Of a stretch of DNA of 64,000 nt, positions 44,306-58,449 are shown in pieces. A model generated the notes under the pieces. The model saw only the letters and a program-made list of their open reading frames with translations. It was not told where the DNA came from and did no database searches. Positions within the stretch are counted from its first letter, which is position 1. Each line of letters begins with the position of its first letter. Made by a program: the position numbers and the translations under genes. This stretch comes from Lepidodermella squamata (Eukaryota > Animalia > Gastrotricha). The stretch spans positions 3,782,001-3,846,000 of the forward strand of contig JBLDXI010000029.1 of assembly GCA_047495785.1 (NCBI GenBank). Direction: 5' to 3'.

Positions 44306-46021
44306 ATGAGCTGGTTTTCAAAAGACCATCTAAAAGCTAAAATTAGCGACTTCAGACAACGAGAAAGGTCAAAGCGTAACAATCTCTTAAAATCGATCGG
44401 CGATGAATCCGTCAGGTCAGTTACAAACCTGTCAGCAAGTGAAATTGTTGCGGCAACAAAAGAAGGTCGCTTAAAACCAAGCGATGTTCTGCTGGCCTTT
44501 CAAACCTCGGCACTCAGAACAACTGAAGATCTCTATGCTGTTACAGAATTCATCGAAGATGCTTATCAAACTGCTCTGAAGTTGGACGAGATACCTCAAA
44601 ACAATCGCGGCCCTCTCCATGGCGTCCCTCTGAGTGTAAAAGAATGCTTCTTCATCAAAGTGACCGAGACAACCTGTGGCTACAGCCAGTTCCTGGGAAA
44701 ATGCGTTGATTACCCAACCGCGCCGATCGTCGAATTCCTGAAGCATTTGGGCTGTGTTCCTTTTGTTAAGACCAACATCCCACAGGGCATGTTCTCTATC
44801 GACTCCGTAAACCCGATCCATGGCCAGACGAAGAACCCTCATGACAAGACTCGTTCACCTGGAGGTTCGTCAAGTGGCGAGGGAGCTTTGATAGCTTCAA
44901 AATCTTCCGTACTCGGCCTTGCGACCGATGCTGGTGGTAGCTTACGAGTTCCGGTAAGATTCCTCTAAAATCTCTAGATTTTTACTGAACAATTGTTTCA
45001 GGCATCATGGTGTGGTTGCTACAGTTTGAAGCCAAGTTCAAACCGAATAATCCAAGGCGGGGATTTCAACCTCGAATTCCAAGCTCGAATCATTGCCAAC
45101 GATTACTATTCCCCTGGATTTCTATCGGCAGATGTCGATTTGTTGGTTACTGTTTTCCGCAATCTTTACTCGAAATCGACCTTCGAAAAGTTTCCGAACA
45201 GCTCTCTGCCTCCGATTGAATTTCGCGATGAGCTCTTTTCTTCGAAGAAGAAGCTGAGAATTGGTTATTGCGAATTCGATGGACTCGTCAATTTGCTTCC
45301 AGGACCCAAGCGAGTTTTACGAGAAGCTAGGGAAAAGTTGGAAAAACTGGGCCATGAAGTCGTTGAATGGCCTGATATCGAATTGTTGAGAAATGGCTAT
45401 ATGGTCTGTTGCAGCACGTTCACAATCGATGGCTTAGTTGAAGTAATTGAATACATGGATAATGACGTTGAAATCAGCTACCCTAACAAAATGACTCATT
45501 TGCTGTTCAAATTACCGAATTGGGTCAAGTGGCTGTTCGAAAAGTTCGCCGGCTTGACCATGGGTCAACTAACGGCTGAAATGATTGGGAACATGCGAAC
45601 TGGATCTCGGCCGCATGATATGAATTTGGTCTACAGGAAAATCTTGAAATTCCGCCAGGATTTCGCGAAAATCTACCGGGAACAGGGCTTTGATGCTCTG
45701 CTTTGGCCTGCAGTTCCCTGCCAAGCACTGCCGTTGAATGCTGCGAGGGAGATTGCTCCGGCCTTGAGTTACGTTGTCCTGTTCAATCAACTCAACTGGC
45801 CGGCTGGAACTTGCCCGTTCGGTCAAGTGACCAGTCAAGATGAGGCCGAGCTTGAAGCTAACGATGCGCCAAATGGAGATTTCTATTACGCCCAAATTCG
45901 AAATTTTCTGAGATCCCCGCCCCAGACGAGTTCGGTGGGCCTTCCTCTTGCTGTTCAAGTGGCTGCGCCTCAGTTCCAGGAAGAAACAGTGCTTCGATTA
46001 CTAAAAGAACTTTCTTCTTGA
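44306..46021 (+). CDS. Fatty acid amide hydrolase-like amidase, copy 2 (intact), 2 exons
   Basis: Lys-Ser-Ser triad motifs SVKE, GGSSSGE and GGSLR; 48-nt intron 44954-45001; C-terminal GLPLAVQV..EETVLRL. Confidence 0.9.
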
Positions 46022-46495
46022 ATGTCATGGTGACTTATAGACTCAATTGCGGGTCTGGTTTAGAAGTGAATAAAAATGGGACATGTGAGAGATGTTTGCA
46101 TTGCGGACGACGATGTCATAGGGCTACTTTCGAAAAGTGTGGCGGTTTTGATACAAAATTAAAAATCGGAAAACTCTCTGTCGATTGAGAATGGAAAAAT
46201 TAGAAAATATTTAGCTAAAATTACAAAAAAAAATTGGAAAATTTTACGACTGACTGCGGCGCGAATTATTCATTTTGGTATCAAAATACTTCGAAAGTTG
46301 TCCTTTGACCTCATTGCACGCCGTCGAAAGTCCTTAAAATCAGCATTTTTCATTTTTCAAGTGGGGAAAGAGTGATTTTTCGTGCAAATAAAATCAGCAA
46401 TAATTGATAATAAATTTATTAATCTAAAATCGCACCATTTGAGCGCTATTGCTAAAAATCTAGGCTAAAACATTCAGATGAAAATTCAGAATAAT

Positions 46496-47355
46496 TCATT
46501 TTGTGGCACCCTGCAAGATCGCCGTGATTTCCGAGCTGTTTTTAGCCGCAGTCTTAGCAATTTCAACCAAATTTTGGCCGCTGTTATTCGTCGCATTGAT
46601 ATCGGCTCCTTTCGATACCAGGTACTCCACAGCCTCCACATTTCCAGCTCTCACCGCTCTCATTAAAGCCGTCCAGCCTTCATTGTTTTTCGACTCAATT
46701 TCAACAAGAATTTCGCCGGAATTTGTCGTAAATTCGCAGATTTTCTTCAGAGTATTCAACGCGTTGTATTCAGCCGCAATGTGAAGAGCCGTATTGCCGT
46801 TCGAATTGCGGTGATTTATCAATTTTTTCAGCGATTGATACGCCTGTTGCTTCGAATAGCCGTCCTCGTGAATTTCAAGGTTCAATTTGACCTCGAAAAT
46901 TCGCTCGACGAATAAATCGCGGTTGTAGGCCGCGCATGGGAATAGACAAGTATCGCCAGTTGTTACCTGCCAGCCGCCTAATTCAGATCCATGGCGATGG
47001 GGGTGGTAGTAGGCACTGATTATGGATAGGCTGTCACAGTGTGAACAGCTCAGGAACATTTCAAACCGCTCACGATCGCCCTCGACCAAGGCGTTAAAAA
47101 ATTTCTGAAAAATTGAAAAAAATTGAAATTCACAAAAAAATTAAAATAAGTGACCTAGTTACGGACACAAAATGAAATGATGAAATTATTTTGGAAATTT
47201 TGCTGAATTTTCAATTTAGAATTTAAATTTTAAAATTTCAAAGACTTCAAATTTTGCATTAAAAATAGCTCTTGCGTATATTTTAGAATCCATACCTTTT
47301 CATCGTCTATTGTTGGAACGCGGTGAAGCTTTGACGAACCATTTTCCAGATCCAT
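46496..47355 (-). CDS. Ankyrin-repeat protein, 2 exons
   Basis: GNTALHIAA and GWTALMRAV..GADINATNNSGQ. Exon 1 (47355-47296) splices in phase 0 to 47104. Confidence 0.8.
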
Positions 47356-49185
47356 ATTAAAATGAATATAGGAAACCTAAAAACAATTCTGACACATCGT
47401 ATTCAAGTAATTTGATCCTTTTTTTAGACAATTTATGACTATAGGAATAAATCGGATTAATTCCTTATAGTAGGGAATCCGAGCCCTATCTAATCGAATA
47501 TTCATCATTTCCGCCGCATCCCTATATAGCGCTGAAAATTAACTAGAAAAATAAGACGTTGTTGTGATGGTTATCATCGGATTTTGACGTTTTTTCACAC
47601 ACATGTATAAAGCTTGTGCGTATATTTGAAGCCTGGAAACTAAAAACTCGCTGCTTTAGTGCGTAAATTTTTTTGCGTGCGAGAGTGAGATGTTGTGTGT
47701 TATGGCTAATATAAAAAGGTAAAATAACTCATCGCCAGACCTGAAATTGGTTGTAATATAATGCCAATGGAGCGTGCTTAATGCTAAATCATATGCGCGA
47801 AAAAGCCTCACCTCATTTCGGACACGTTATAGAAAGGTCAGTAAGATTCTAAAGTGAAATAAAATTAGGCAACCTGAGATGTTAGACAGCGATAAATTAG
47901 CTCCTTGGAACTGATATTAGAGTACGAATATAAATTACTAAAAATAAGTATAAAGTTATTATATCTATTGGGATCGACAACTAAAAGAACTAGGAGAACA
48001 CACTTTTGTTTCGAAAAAAATGGATAGCAAATAAATCCTGTGTTTGCCGAATGACGGCGGCGCACAAGAGTCGAGGACTAAGATAACTACCTATTGATTT
48101 CTGATAGATAGTATACGTAATAATACTGAACCGGTGAATGTAAGCTACTTGTTCTATCACATCGCCGTGTGCAAAATTAAGGGAATAGGAATTTGTTGAA
48201 AAAAAAATAATCAAATCCTATCAGAGCTAAATCTCGTAACGCCAAATACCTAAGCAGTTAGAAAATGAGAGAAAAAAAATGACAAATAAATTTCATAAAA
48301 TAATAAAAATAATCTTATTTTGGGTCTTACTCCGCACTTTAGTTGAACCAAATTTCAGGTAAATAATTAGTCGAAAATTTTACTAATTTTCCATTTGCTA
48401 CGCGATAGAACAGTAATTGCCCCCGGGCCTAGTACTTGAAGCAATAATAACCAGATTTTTCAGGTCAAACCTTGAAACCTATAGACAAGTAAACCTCAAT
48501 CGAATAGGGAATAAGCAATGTGATTTCGTTCTCAAATTGGAAATTTTCCAAAAATGACCTAATTTTGTACAGCTGGTAATTTTGGGCGCTCATTTGCATA
48601 TGCAATGGCCTTGTGATTTCCACTTGAGAGAAAATATTTGGAGACATTTTTTTCTGTTGTGGTAAAAAAATACTAATTATTTGCTAATGTTCTTATTTTT
48701 TGCTCAATTTTTACTATTTATTATTTTATTGAATTTGCTTTTTTGTCGTTTCGCTGCTATCCAGTCGTCGATCTTTTTCCGTTTTTCGCATCTAGGGTTT
48801 CTACCTATCCTCATTTGATTCGTCATGATTTTCACTTTCTTTTTTGGCACCGGACGATGAACTGAAACAGAAAGCATGGTTGTTATAATATAACGCGACT
48901 CCTCGTTATTTCATTCGGTAACACTTGTCGCAATGAGGCGCTATACCGAAACTATGTTCAAGTTGCTATATGTTTAGCGTACATCTCAGAGGCGGAAGGA
49001 AGTGGCAAAACCACTCTACGTAGCACTGCTTTTCATAGCATAGGTAGCATCAAGTGAGAAATCCAAACTGCTGGCTATATGGTCTATGGTACTTATTGGT
49101 ATAAGGGAGAGAGAACCGTACTACGTATAAGCGTAACACCGTTCATTATACCAGCCGCAGTACTGATGACAAATAACTCGAAAAA

Positions 49186-50790
49186 ATGGTCAAAATTCTG
49201 CGATTACAGGTATGGGAAAATTATTAAAAATTCTTTAAAAATTCTGATTCATTCCATTTTTCCAGAGCCTCCTTTTGCTTATTTTTATTGCGGCACTAGA
49301 GCTATTTAGCATCGGAAAAGGTCAGTATGGGCGGGTACAGATTAGCCTATCAATAAGTAAGGATTTTCTAATTTGTTCTTAATGTTTTTTTTTAATTTGA
49401 TTTTTTTAGACTGTTCATCGCCGCAAGCAAAGTGCGCTGACAACGAATACTGCGAGTCGTTTTCAAAAATTGTTTTCAATTTTATTCAGTAAAATATTTT
49501 TTTTGAATTAACGATAATTTTCTTTTACAGGATCCGCCTTGTAAATCGAAAGCTTGCATGTGCAATGGCTGTTCTTGGAGAAGCGGCAAAATTTGCAAAC
49601 AAGGTAAAACATTTTCGCAGCCATTTTCCTAATCAAAGATTTAATGAATATCCATTTTGTGAAATTTTTTAAAAAATATTTAAAATTTATTCAGTTTAAG
49701 AAAATTAATTCCAATTTTTCGAAACTGAAGCCAGCGATATCGGAGCTGGATGTGACTCGGATACAATTACAACAGTTTTATGATTTTCAATTTTTTGAAA
49801 TTTCATTGAAAAAATTGAAAATTTTTGAAATTTATGAAATTCGTATTATTTTCAAGAACTTTTTCAATGAAAATTTAATTTCTCAATCAATTTATTTTGT
49901 TTAAAATAAAGCCAAATTTGCCAACGATATCGGATATGGATGCGACTCGGATACAATTATCACAGTGCCCGGCGCAATTTGTTCGAACAACCGCGTCAAT
50001 TGTTCCATAGGCGAGTCCGCAAATGGTTGCAGCATCGGCAACTGCACCGAACCAGCCGACGGCTTCAAATGCCACGAATCCACCTTAATCTGCGAAAATG
50101 ACTGGGAACTTTTCGACGAAGCCCTGCGAATTTGCCGGCCGCGTAAAATTGGCGAGCCGTGCCGTAGCGATTCTGATTGTTCAAAGCCAAACAGCCATTT
50201 GCTGATTTGTTCTTCGGATGCTAAATTATGCTCATGCGACGTGACGCAGGGTGTCCGGACTTGGTTGATGGTTCTTAATGAATTCAACCAATTCGCGCTG
50301 GTTGATCAATGCGTGGCAAAGGGAGCGGTTGTTAACATTGCGAAGGGCGGCGAGTGTAATACGGAAGAAGGGGCTGAAAAATTTCTGACCTCAATTACGG
50401 CGAAATTTTGCGATCAGAATACGTTCTGCATGAAATGCCCAGGCGAAAGAACAGCACTTTGCCGTAAGTTAACAAATCCCCTGCAATAATCTGTAAATTT
50501 TCAAAATTAAAATTTTCGATTTATAAATTTTCAAAATTTTCGAAAATATTTTTTTCGATAGTGAATAAATTTTTTAGCTTTTAAAAAATTAAGCAAATTA
50601 CGAAAAAGTGCTTTTATTGCTGTCAACAATTGAGATGACGCATTTTTCTATTTCCGCAATTTTTTTTCGTGCAATTATTTCATTTTTTTTCTATTTCAGG
50701 GTCAATATCACCGGAATTTCTCAAACCGGCCGTGCTTTGTGGTCGCAAGCAGTTTCGCTATTCATCAGCAATAAGGCTATCAAACTTTAA
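49186..50790 (+). CDS. Cys-rich secreted protein (EB-module-like), paralog A, multi-exon
   Basis: Split signal peptide MVKILRLQ/SLLLLIFIAALELFS; exons CSSPQAKCADNEYC and DPPCKSKACMC; large exon about 49912-50464 (KIGEPCRSDSDC). Confidence 0.65.
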
Positions 50791-50846
50791 TTCCAACTTC
50801 GCAACTTCATTTTTTCTTTATTTTTTTCATCCACTCTTTTTAAAAT

Positions 50847-53552
50847 GAAATGAAATGAAATGAAATGATTTATTTGTTTCTCTTCCCCGCGACTAGACGT
50901 CTGTACCCTTTCGGGTTTTGAGGAAGGCGAAGGCAAGGCAAACCAAAAAGAAAAATTTTAGTCACCCTCCCCCACAACCGAGAAAATCTTACTTTTGTTA
51001 TAAAATTCAAAATCTTCCAGAGACTCAACTATTTTTCGCCATTCAACTCGATCTAATGCCGTTGTTTCGGTAAATGTCCAGTCAACAGTTTTTTCGGAAA
51101 TTTCGGTTACATTACTACCATCTTTACGAGGTCTGCCACGGGACCCGTCGGTTTTTTTTCTTATTATATTTTCTGTTGTAAGTCCTACTTTACTTAAACT
51201 TCTTTCAACCGTATCTAGCCATCTAGTTCGAGGTTTCCCCACCGGTCTCTTCCATTCCTTAGGCGCAACCCACCTATAAAGGTCGTAGACTGGCCCCGGT
51301 GGTATCGGTTCACCTTTGTCGTCGACATAGGTCTCCATCCTTATTATATGACCTAGGTAATTAAGTCGTTGTTTTTCAATTAATCTACCGACTTCAATTA
51401 TTCCGCCACACATTGATAGTCTGATATCTATGTTGGGAATATAGTCCATTACTGTAATTCCTAAAATGCATCGCAGCCACTTATATTCTTGGGTATTTAG
51501 CGTACTTTCGTCGTCTTCCGTAATATTCCATGACTCGCAGGCATACATCATAGCTGGAATAATAACGCATTTTAATATTTTTAATTTTACCGCCAAAGAG
51601 ACATGTTTTCGGTTGCACATAAATTTACTTATCGCGCCAAAGCAACTACCTGCTTTCGCAATGCGCGCTTTAAGTTCCTCGCCGATTTTGCCATCATCAG
51701 TTATAAAGCTACCTAGATACTTGAACGTGCTTACTTTTTCAAGATTGCGACCCTCTAATTGTAAATTATATTTTTCATTTTTCTTTGGGTCACCACCTAT
51801 AATCATATATTGAGTCTTCGCCGCGTTAATTTTGAGACCCAATTCTTTACAAGCCGCGTCGAAAATTCCTAATAACAACTTAATTTCTTTGTGATTCATG
51901 CCTAACAGCGTTCCATCATCGGCGAAAGCCAAAATATTCAGAAAATTTTTTCCCAACGGAAAGCCGACCTTTTCATTAGCGACTTTTTCACAGATTTTAT
52001 TGAAGGTAGTAATAAAAAGAAGAGGAGATAAGGGGCATCCCTGCCTGAGGCCTCTATTCACGTAGAAAAATTCTGATAACTTCCCATCGATTTTAACTGC
52101 CACCTCATTTTTCACGTATAGACTCTTAATGGCTGCTATTAATTCAGGGTTTACTTTCATTTCTTCGAGAGTTTCCCATACTTTTTTTCGGTCGACCAAG
52201 TCGTACGCCTTTTCTAAATCAATAAAAACTAGATGTAATTCCTGATGAAATTCTATAATTTTCTCAATGACTCGTCGTAACACAAATATGCAATCTCTGG
52301 TTCCTTTAAGAGGCTGAAAACCAAATTGAAATTTGGAAATGTTCCTACCCAACGAGGCGCGCAATTTTCTCTCCAGAATAATTGCATACAGTTTACTAAT
52401 TACACTTAACAGAGTTATACCTCGGTAATTTTTACATTGCGACTTCTCCCCTTTGTTTTTATAAAGTGGGGTTATAATTGCTGAGCACCAGTCATCCGGA
52501 ATTTTCTTTTCCCTCCAAATTCGATTCATTAAATTTAAAAGCCATTCCTTGTTTTCCTCATCTAAAGCCTTAATCATTTCGGGTCGAATTTCGTCTATTC
52601 CTGGGGCTTTACCGTTTTTCATATGGTCAATGGCACTCCTAATTTCCTCGATAGATATTCCTTTTATATCAGAGTTCGAAGCCATATTTAGGGGCTCATC
52701 TGGGGTCTCCTGGAATAGGTCAGTGCCCTCTAAGAGCTCTTTAAAATAGTCCTTCATGGTGTCTAGAATTTCCTCAAGTTCGTCTACAAAAGATCCTTGC
52801 TCAGTTTCTAAGGTTTTTGGGCCTTTGCTAGACTTATTCGTTCCCCTAAGCTTTTTTACTTTGGCCCAGAATTTTTTGAGGTCTTCCCATTCCGAAGATT
52901 TTTCCCCAAGAGAATTCAATTCACTAAAAATTTCAATTTCCTGATTTTTTTGAAGTCGCTTAACCATTTTATTTCGAATATTGCGCATCTTCACGTATTC
53001 TTCCTTCGGTATGAGGCCTTTCTGGTATTTTGAGAAAGTTTCTTTCGTCTTTTTACAAATATCATAGGCCTCAGGGTGCCACCATGGTGGTTTTTCTCTC
53101 CCTCTGCCCACTTTTCTTTCCCCACAGGCTTCTCTTGCGGCGTCTAAGATCGCCGTTTTGGTTTTAAGCCAATTTTCCTCGGTCTCTATCGCTTCATCAG
53201 AGTTATCTGACCTTCTTACTTTAATTTTTTCGTTATAATCGAGTTTAATTTCCTCTTCTCTCAGGCTCTGGTGTTTAATAACTTTCTTGGCAGGTTCAGC
53301 GGGTTTACCTAGAGGTTTTATATAAATTTCGCCGATGATCAAGCGATGGTCGGACTCGAAGATAGGATCTTCCAGCACTAAACAGTTGTTAAACAAATTT
53401 TTAATCGATTTATCTATTAAAATATAATCTATGAATGACTTATTTTTCCCCCTTTTCCATGTGTAGCCACAATTTGGGAAGAACGTATTAACGAAGCATA
53501 AATTATTCGAGCTCGCAAAGTCATGCCATTTCAACCCCTTGTCGTTCCGAAA
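50847..53552 (-). mobile_element. 5'-truncated RTE-clade-like LINE with an uninterrupted EN(partial)-RT ORF (50958-53534)
   Basis: NTFF, IDYIL, SDH, NYRGITL, FIDLEKAYD, GLRQGCPLSP, AFADD, YLGH..RM, GKPRTRW. 3' tail (TTTCA)n; 12-bp TSD TCTTTTTAAAAT at 50835-50846 and 53553-53564. Confidence 0.92.
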
Positions 53553-53897
53553 TCTTTTTAAAATAAAATTATGAAAATAAATTTTTAAGAAAAAATGAGA
53601 AATTGCTAAGAAATTGTCCCCTTGGCAATGTCAAATTCTCTTGATATCTGACGCGATCGATCAAGAAATCGAAACATAATTGCGCGGTGAATTTTACGCC
53701 TCGGCTCAATGACGTCTTGGAGATGTTTTCAGTAGAAATTAATCCAGGTAAAAAATAATCGATAATACAAGCTTGACACACTTGACAAAATGCCGTGATT
53801 GCTACCCATTAGTCAGGCTATATGCGACGGAAGAAGCTGGAAAAGAAACACGTCCGTTTATTCTAGAAACGACAAAACCGAATTTCGATCTGGGAAA

Positions 53898-56107
53898 ATG
53901 CGATATTTCGAATTTTTCGCAATTTTTCTAATCTTCATTGAATTTGCCGACTCGCAGTCATTGATTCCAACCCCGCCGCCTCCAACGCCCTGTCCGGGTC
54001 AAATTTCGGCCGTTTCGGAGCAAGATGTTGCTAATAAATATTTTAAACCCTACGGAAAATGGCAGAGGCCGAAGCGAAACGGCAGCGAAACTGTCAAAGT
54101 CTTCATGGCATTTGTTTTCTCATCAATCGCCGACATAGTAATTCCGGAAAATTTCATAATTCATCGAAAAATTATTCAAAATTTTTCAGCATGAAAAGGA
54201 GAGAAAATTGGAAATTTCTGGATATTTAAGCATCGTAAGTCTTTATTTAAATTATTTCCTTATTTAAATTTTCCTCAACAGAGATGGATGGATGAGTTTA
54301 GGGTGTGGAAAAATGATACACCCTATAATTGCATCGACTACGTCGGTAAGACTTTTCGCGGTTTTTTCCCATTTCTTTCGAATATTTTCTCGATTAGTTT
54401 TGCCTGCGAATGAAGTTTGGCTGCCTGATATAGCTGTTATGAATTCGGACGATCGTTATACATTGATGAGTAAGGAAAGCGAAAAGGTTCGCGTCTACTC
54501 GAATGGCTACTCGGTCTACAGTCCGGGTGGCAAAATTGCACTCTACTGCGAATATGACCTCACTTTGTAAGAAATAACTCAAAATTTCAAAATAATCCAT
54601 AACAAAATTTTCCAACAGGTTCCCATTGGATACCCAAGTATGCGCTTTGGAACTCGAAAGGTGACTAAAATTCCTATTTTCGAAGTAATTTATCCTAGTT
54701 TGAAATTTGAAAATTTAAATCTTCTCCTAAATTTAAATTTCAAATTTCAAAATTTTTGAATTTTTTAAATTCCAGAATATTTTCATATTTTAATTGAATT
54801 TTCTAATATTTTAGCTGGCGATATACTCGGCAATATATGAGCTTCTACTTTTTCGCTAATATTACGCGAAAATATTTCAAAGAAAACGAACAATGGGAAC
54901 TGGTCGATTTTTCGCAAGCTAAGATCGATGTTACCTACTTGGACCCTGCCAATTCATTCGACCACATCGAATTCTACTTCACCATGCGGCGAAAAGTCAT
55001 GTACTACATGTAAGAAAATTCCGAAATATTGATGGAAAAATTTGATATTTTTTTGCAAATAGGATGAATGTGTTGATTCCTAGTCTTTTAATCGCCCTGG
55101 CTCATTTGGCTGTTTTCGCGGTGCCGATAGGCGAACCTGAGAAAATTCACATCTCGTTCACTTGTCTCCTCGCCTATTCAGTATTTCAGGTCATGGTTAT
55201 CGAAGACATGCCAAGGTTTAATTAGGATCACAGCCGATTAATTTTCAAATTATGGATTTGCCTTTCCAGATCAAGCGATCACATTCCGATAATTTCTATC
55301 TATATCGATCTGCAAATGGCCTACATTTCAGTATCAATGGTGAGAAATTATATCCGAATTTTGTTGTTTGAAAATTTTGAAAAATATAAATTTCACCAAA
55401 ATTCTTTGGATTTTTTTTAATTCTTCGGAAGCTTGAAATTTTTAATAAATTAAAATTCAAAATCAAAAATTCAGATTTTAAAATTGAATTTTCCCTGATT
55501 TTAAATTTGAATTTTAGTGTAAAATTTCGGAATTTTAAACATTATTGAAATCTCAATTTTGTAAAATTTCCCTTGTTTTGCGCAGCTTGGAGAGGGCCTT
55601 GCTATGTACGCTCTTCACATAGGCGCCCACAAGGGTGTCCGATCCGATTGTTACGTCCCACGATGGCTACTCAGCATAACAAAAATCATCGCTAAACTGC
55701 TACTTCTCGACTATAATCTACCTGAAAAATCGACAAAACCGTCGCAAAAAACTGTCGGTAATCAGGTCATATTGAGCCATATCGATTATAAGGGCGAAAT
55801 GTGGCACGAATCTCCCGTGCCATCAACCACCTGTTGCTGCGAGCGGAAAAGAAGGAAAAGCCGTTCGGATTCTAAAAAAATTCGAAGCGTCGACGATTAT
55901 GAGCCTAATAATCAGGCTAATATTGAGGATGAAAACATTTCAAGAAACACTACGTCATCTCAGCTGGAGATTCGCGAGCTTGAATGGCAGCTGGTTGCTT
56001 TCACCCTGGAAAGACTTGTCGGTGTTATGTACCTGTTAGCGATCATTTTAACGCCCATTGTCATTTTTCTCGTCTATCCTAATACTTTACCAAAACTGCA
56101 TAAATAA
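53898..56107 (+). CDS. Nicotinic acetylcholine receptor-like non-alpha subunit, about 10 exons
   Basis: Signal peptide, VWLPDIAVMNS, Cys-loop CEYDLTL/FPLDTQVC, ESWRY, MRRKVMYY, EKIHISFTCLLAYSVF, EWQLVAFTLERL; no vicinal Cys in loop C. Confidence 0.85.
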
Positions 56108-56202
56108 TTTTAATCCAATTTTCGAATTATTTTCTGAAAATTTTTAATAATTTAAAAAATACGACATTTTTTGAAAGCCGTAATAAAATGAACCAGTTAA
56201 AG

Positions 56203-57358
56203 CTATTTATTCGAGAAAAAAATTTGGCTAAATAATACTAGCAAGTAAGTTAAAAGTATGGATGCTGTTGCAGATCGTTTAGCTCCGGATGAGTCGTAGT
56301 AGTTGCATCGGGTTCGAACTGTTTCAGTTCTGTTCTTGGAAGATTTGTTTGAAATCGTACAACACTCCATGGTCGATCGCAACCGGTCAGCAATCACCTG
56401 CTCGCTGCCACATTTCCACGATACGTCAAAGGTATCCTTGTCTGGCACTTCATTGTCTAATTTGAAAAAAATTCAAATTCAATGCAAGCAGTACTAAATT
56501 TTATAATTTAAAAACAAAATTAACATTTTATTAAATTTAAATGTTTAATCTTAAATTAAATTTTAATTTTAAATTTCAAAATTTCAAGAAATTCCAAAAT
56601 AAAATTTGAAAGAATATCGAAAATAAAAGTTAAAGTTGTAAAATGTCGATTTTCGAATTCTGTTCAGGCTTTCAACTCAATTTTTCAGCTTAAACTGGAG
56701 GAATTACCTGCTAAGGGGTTCACAAATGTGCAATCTTCACGGCGTTTAAGCTGGCTGCAACAAGCGGTCGTAAAATTCAGCGATCTGTAAAATCGATCAA
56801 ATTGAGCCGTCCAAGACTTGACGCAAATTTCATCGCTCGACGTCGTTCGGTTTAACTCTCGAATAACGTTCAAAATCGACCCTGAACATAATTTTATTAT
56901 AATTTTTTGAATTTATGAAATTTTGAATCCTATACCATCTCGAGGTTCGAACCGTTGCAAGGTGCAAGTCGGTGGTTGATTTGGGCAACAGTCGAGCCAT
57001 ACTTTGATCTTCCCGCCTGCTATCTCTTGATAAATCTGAAGGCATCTACCTCTAACTGAATTAGCTAGAATTGGCGAGCCTAGAGCCATGAGAGAAGAAT
57101 TTGAAAAAATCGATTGAAATTTCGGGATGAGAAAAATGTTACTCTCAGAATTCGCGATTTGGCAATTGAAAGTTGTATAGGTCGAGCAGCATCTCACTGG
57201 AGGTAAAAGCAGGCCAATATTCAGGTCAATACAGTCGTCATTTCGTCCCAAAACACCTGTAAAATTCGCTTTAAAGATATTCAAGATGATTCAATGAAAG
57301 TTAAACCTGAAAACAGGAATACAGAGAGCGTCAGTAATACGCTGCTGTGCGGCTGCAT
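56203..57358 (-). CDS. Probable GPI-anchored protein with four exon-encoded C-CC-C modules
   Basis: Exon 1 (57358-57307) encodes MQPHSSVLLTLSVFLFS; four further exons each carry C-x13-20-CC-x6-17-C; ends CNYYDSSGA plus a hydrophobic tail. Confidence 0.7.
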
Positions 57359-57651
57359 TGGTAGCAAGCCAATTCTTGGATGAAAACTGAGTGCTGAGCG
57401 TTTTTTGCTCTGTCATCTGTGTGTACTGCGTGTGTAAGCAGTATTTCTTCGTGAGAGGAAAAAAAACAGCAAAAACTCGAGGCCATAATACATCCTAGCG
57501 TGTGGTTTTTTTGAGCAGTTTTTATGAGTCACCGCATGAAAAAACACAGAAATACCCGGTTGGTGAATAATCAACCTTTCAATTCAATTCATCCACCTTT
57601 AGTTTCTAAACTCAAATAACCCAAAAGGGCACGGTTAGAAAGCACTGAACA

Positions 57652-57871
57652 GCAAAAGCGACAAAACAGCAAATTTCCCATTTCGCGACAAAACAGCAAA
57701 AGTGATGAAACAGCAAATTTCACGTTTGGCGGCAAAACAGCAACAAAACAATGCTTTTGTCGCTTTCGCTGTTTTGTCGCTTTTGCTGATTCGTCGCTTT
57801 TGCCTTACAGCGCTTTTGCTGTTTTGTCGCGAAATGGGGAAAATAGGAAATTTGTTGTTTTGTCGCTTTTG
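57652..57871. repeat. Foldback repeat built from (GCGAC)AAAACAGCAAA units
   Basis: Left-half units are mirrored by TTTGCTGTTTTGTCGC units in the right half. Confidence 0.7.
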
Positions 57872-58449
57872 GTCAACTGGCTTTGAGGCATCAGAGGCTT
57901 CAAATACTCTTTCACTAATTGTTCAAGCGAAAACCCATATTCAGCCGAATTGATGAAGACCGATCTTCAAAACAGCTTCGAATTCTCAACACTGATGACG
58001 TTTTATCATCCTATATGCCCCAATTTCACGATTTTTTAGTAAACAGCTTTCCCTTTCGGTTTCGACTTTTTGAGAAATCAGAACTTCAGGCCCGAAAACC
58101 TCTTTTATAAACAGCTATTAAAATGTAATTATTCATTGCCGCGGCAATAAACACGCAATGTTGGCCTGGCGCCGCCGCTGGTTATCGATCGATTGTTGGC
58201 GCGCCGACCAGTGAAATATTTCCGTGCTGGGATTTCCTGTGCCTGCAATAGTTACATTCAAGAGTGAAAAAACTAACTCAAATCACTCGATCAGTCATGC
58301 AAAAATGGAACTGACGCAACCGCGTCCTGGACTTGAATCCATAAAAAAATTGCACTGAAAAATAATTTCAATTAACATCAGGTAAATAACTGCGATTTAC
58401 CATTGCATTTCGTTATCCACTTGATAAAGGCGTTTTTCGAGGAAATAAA

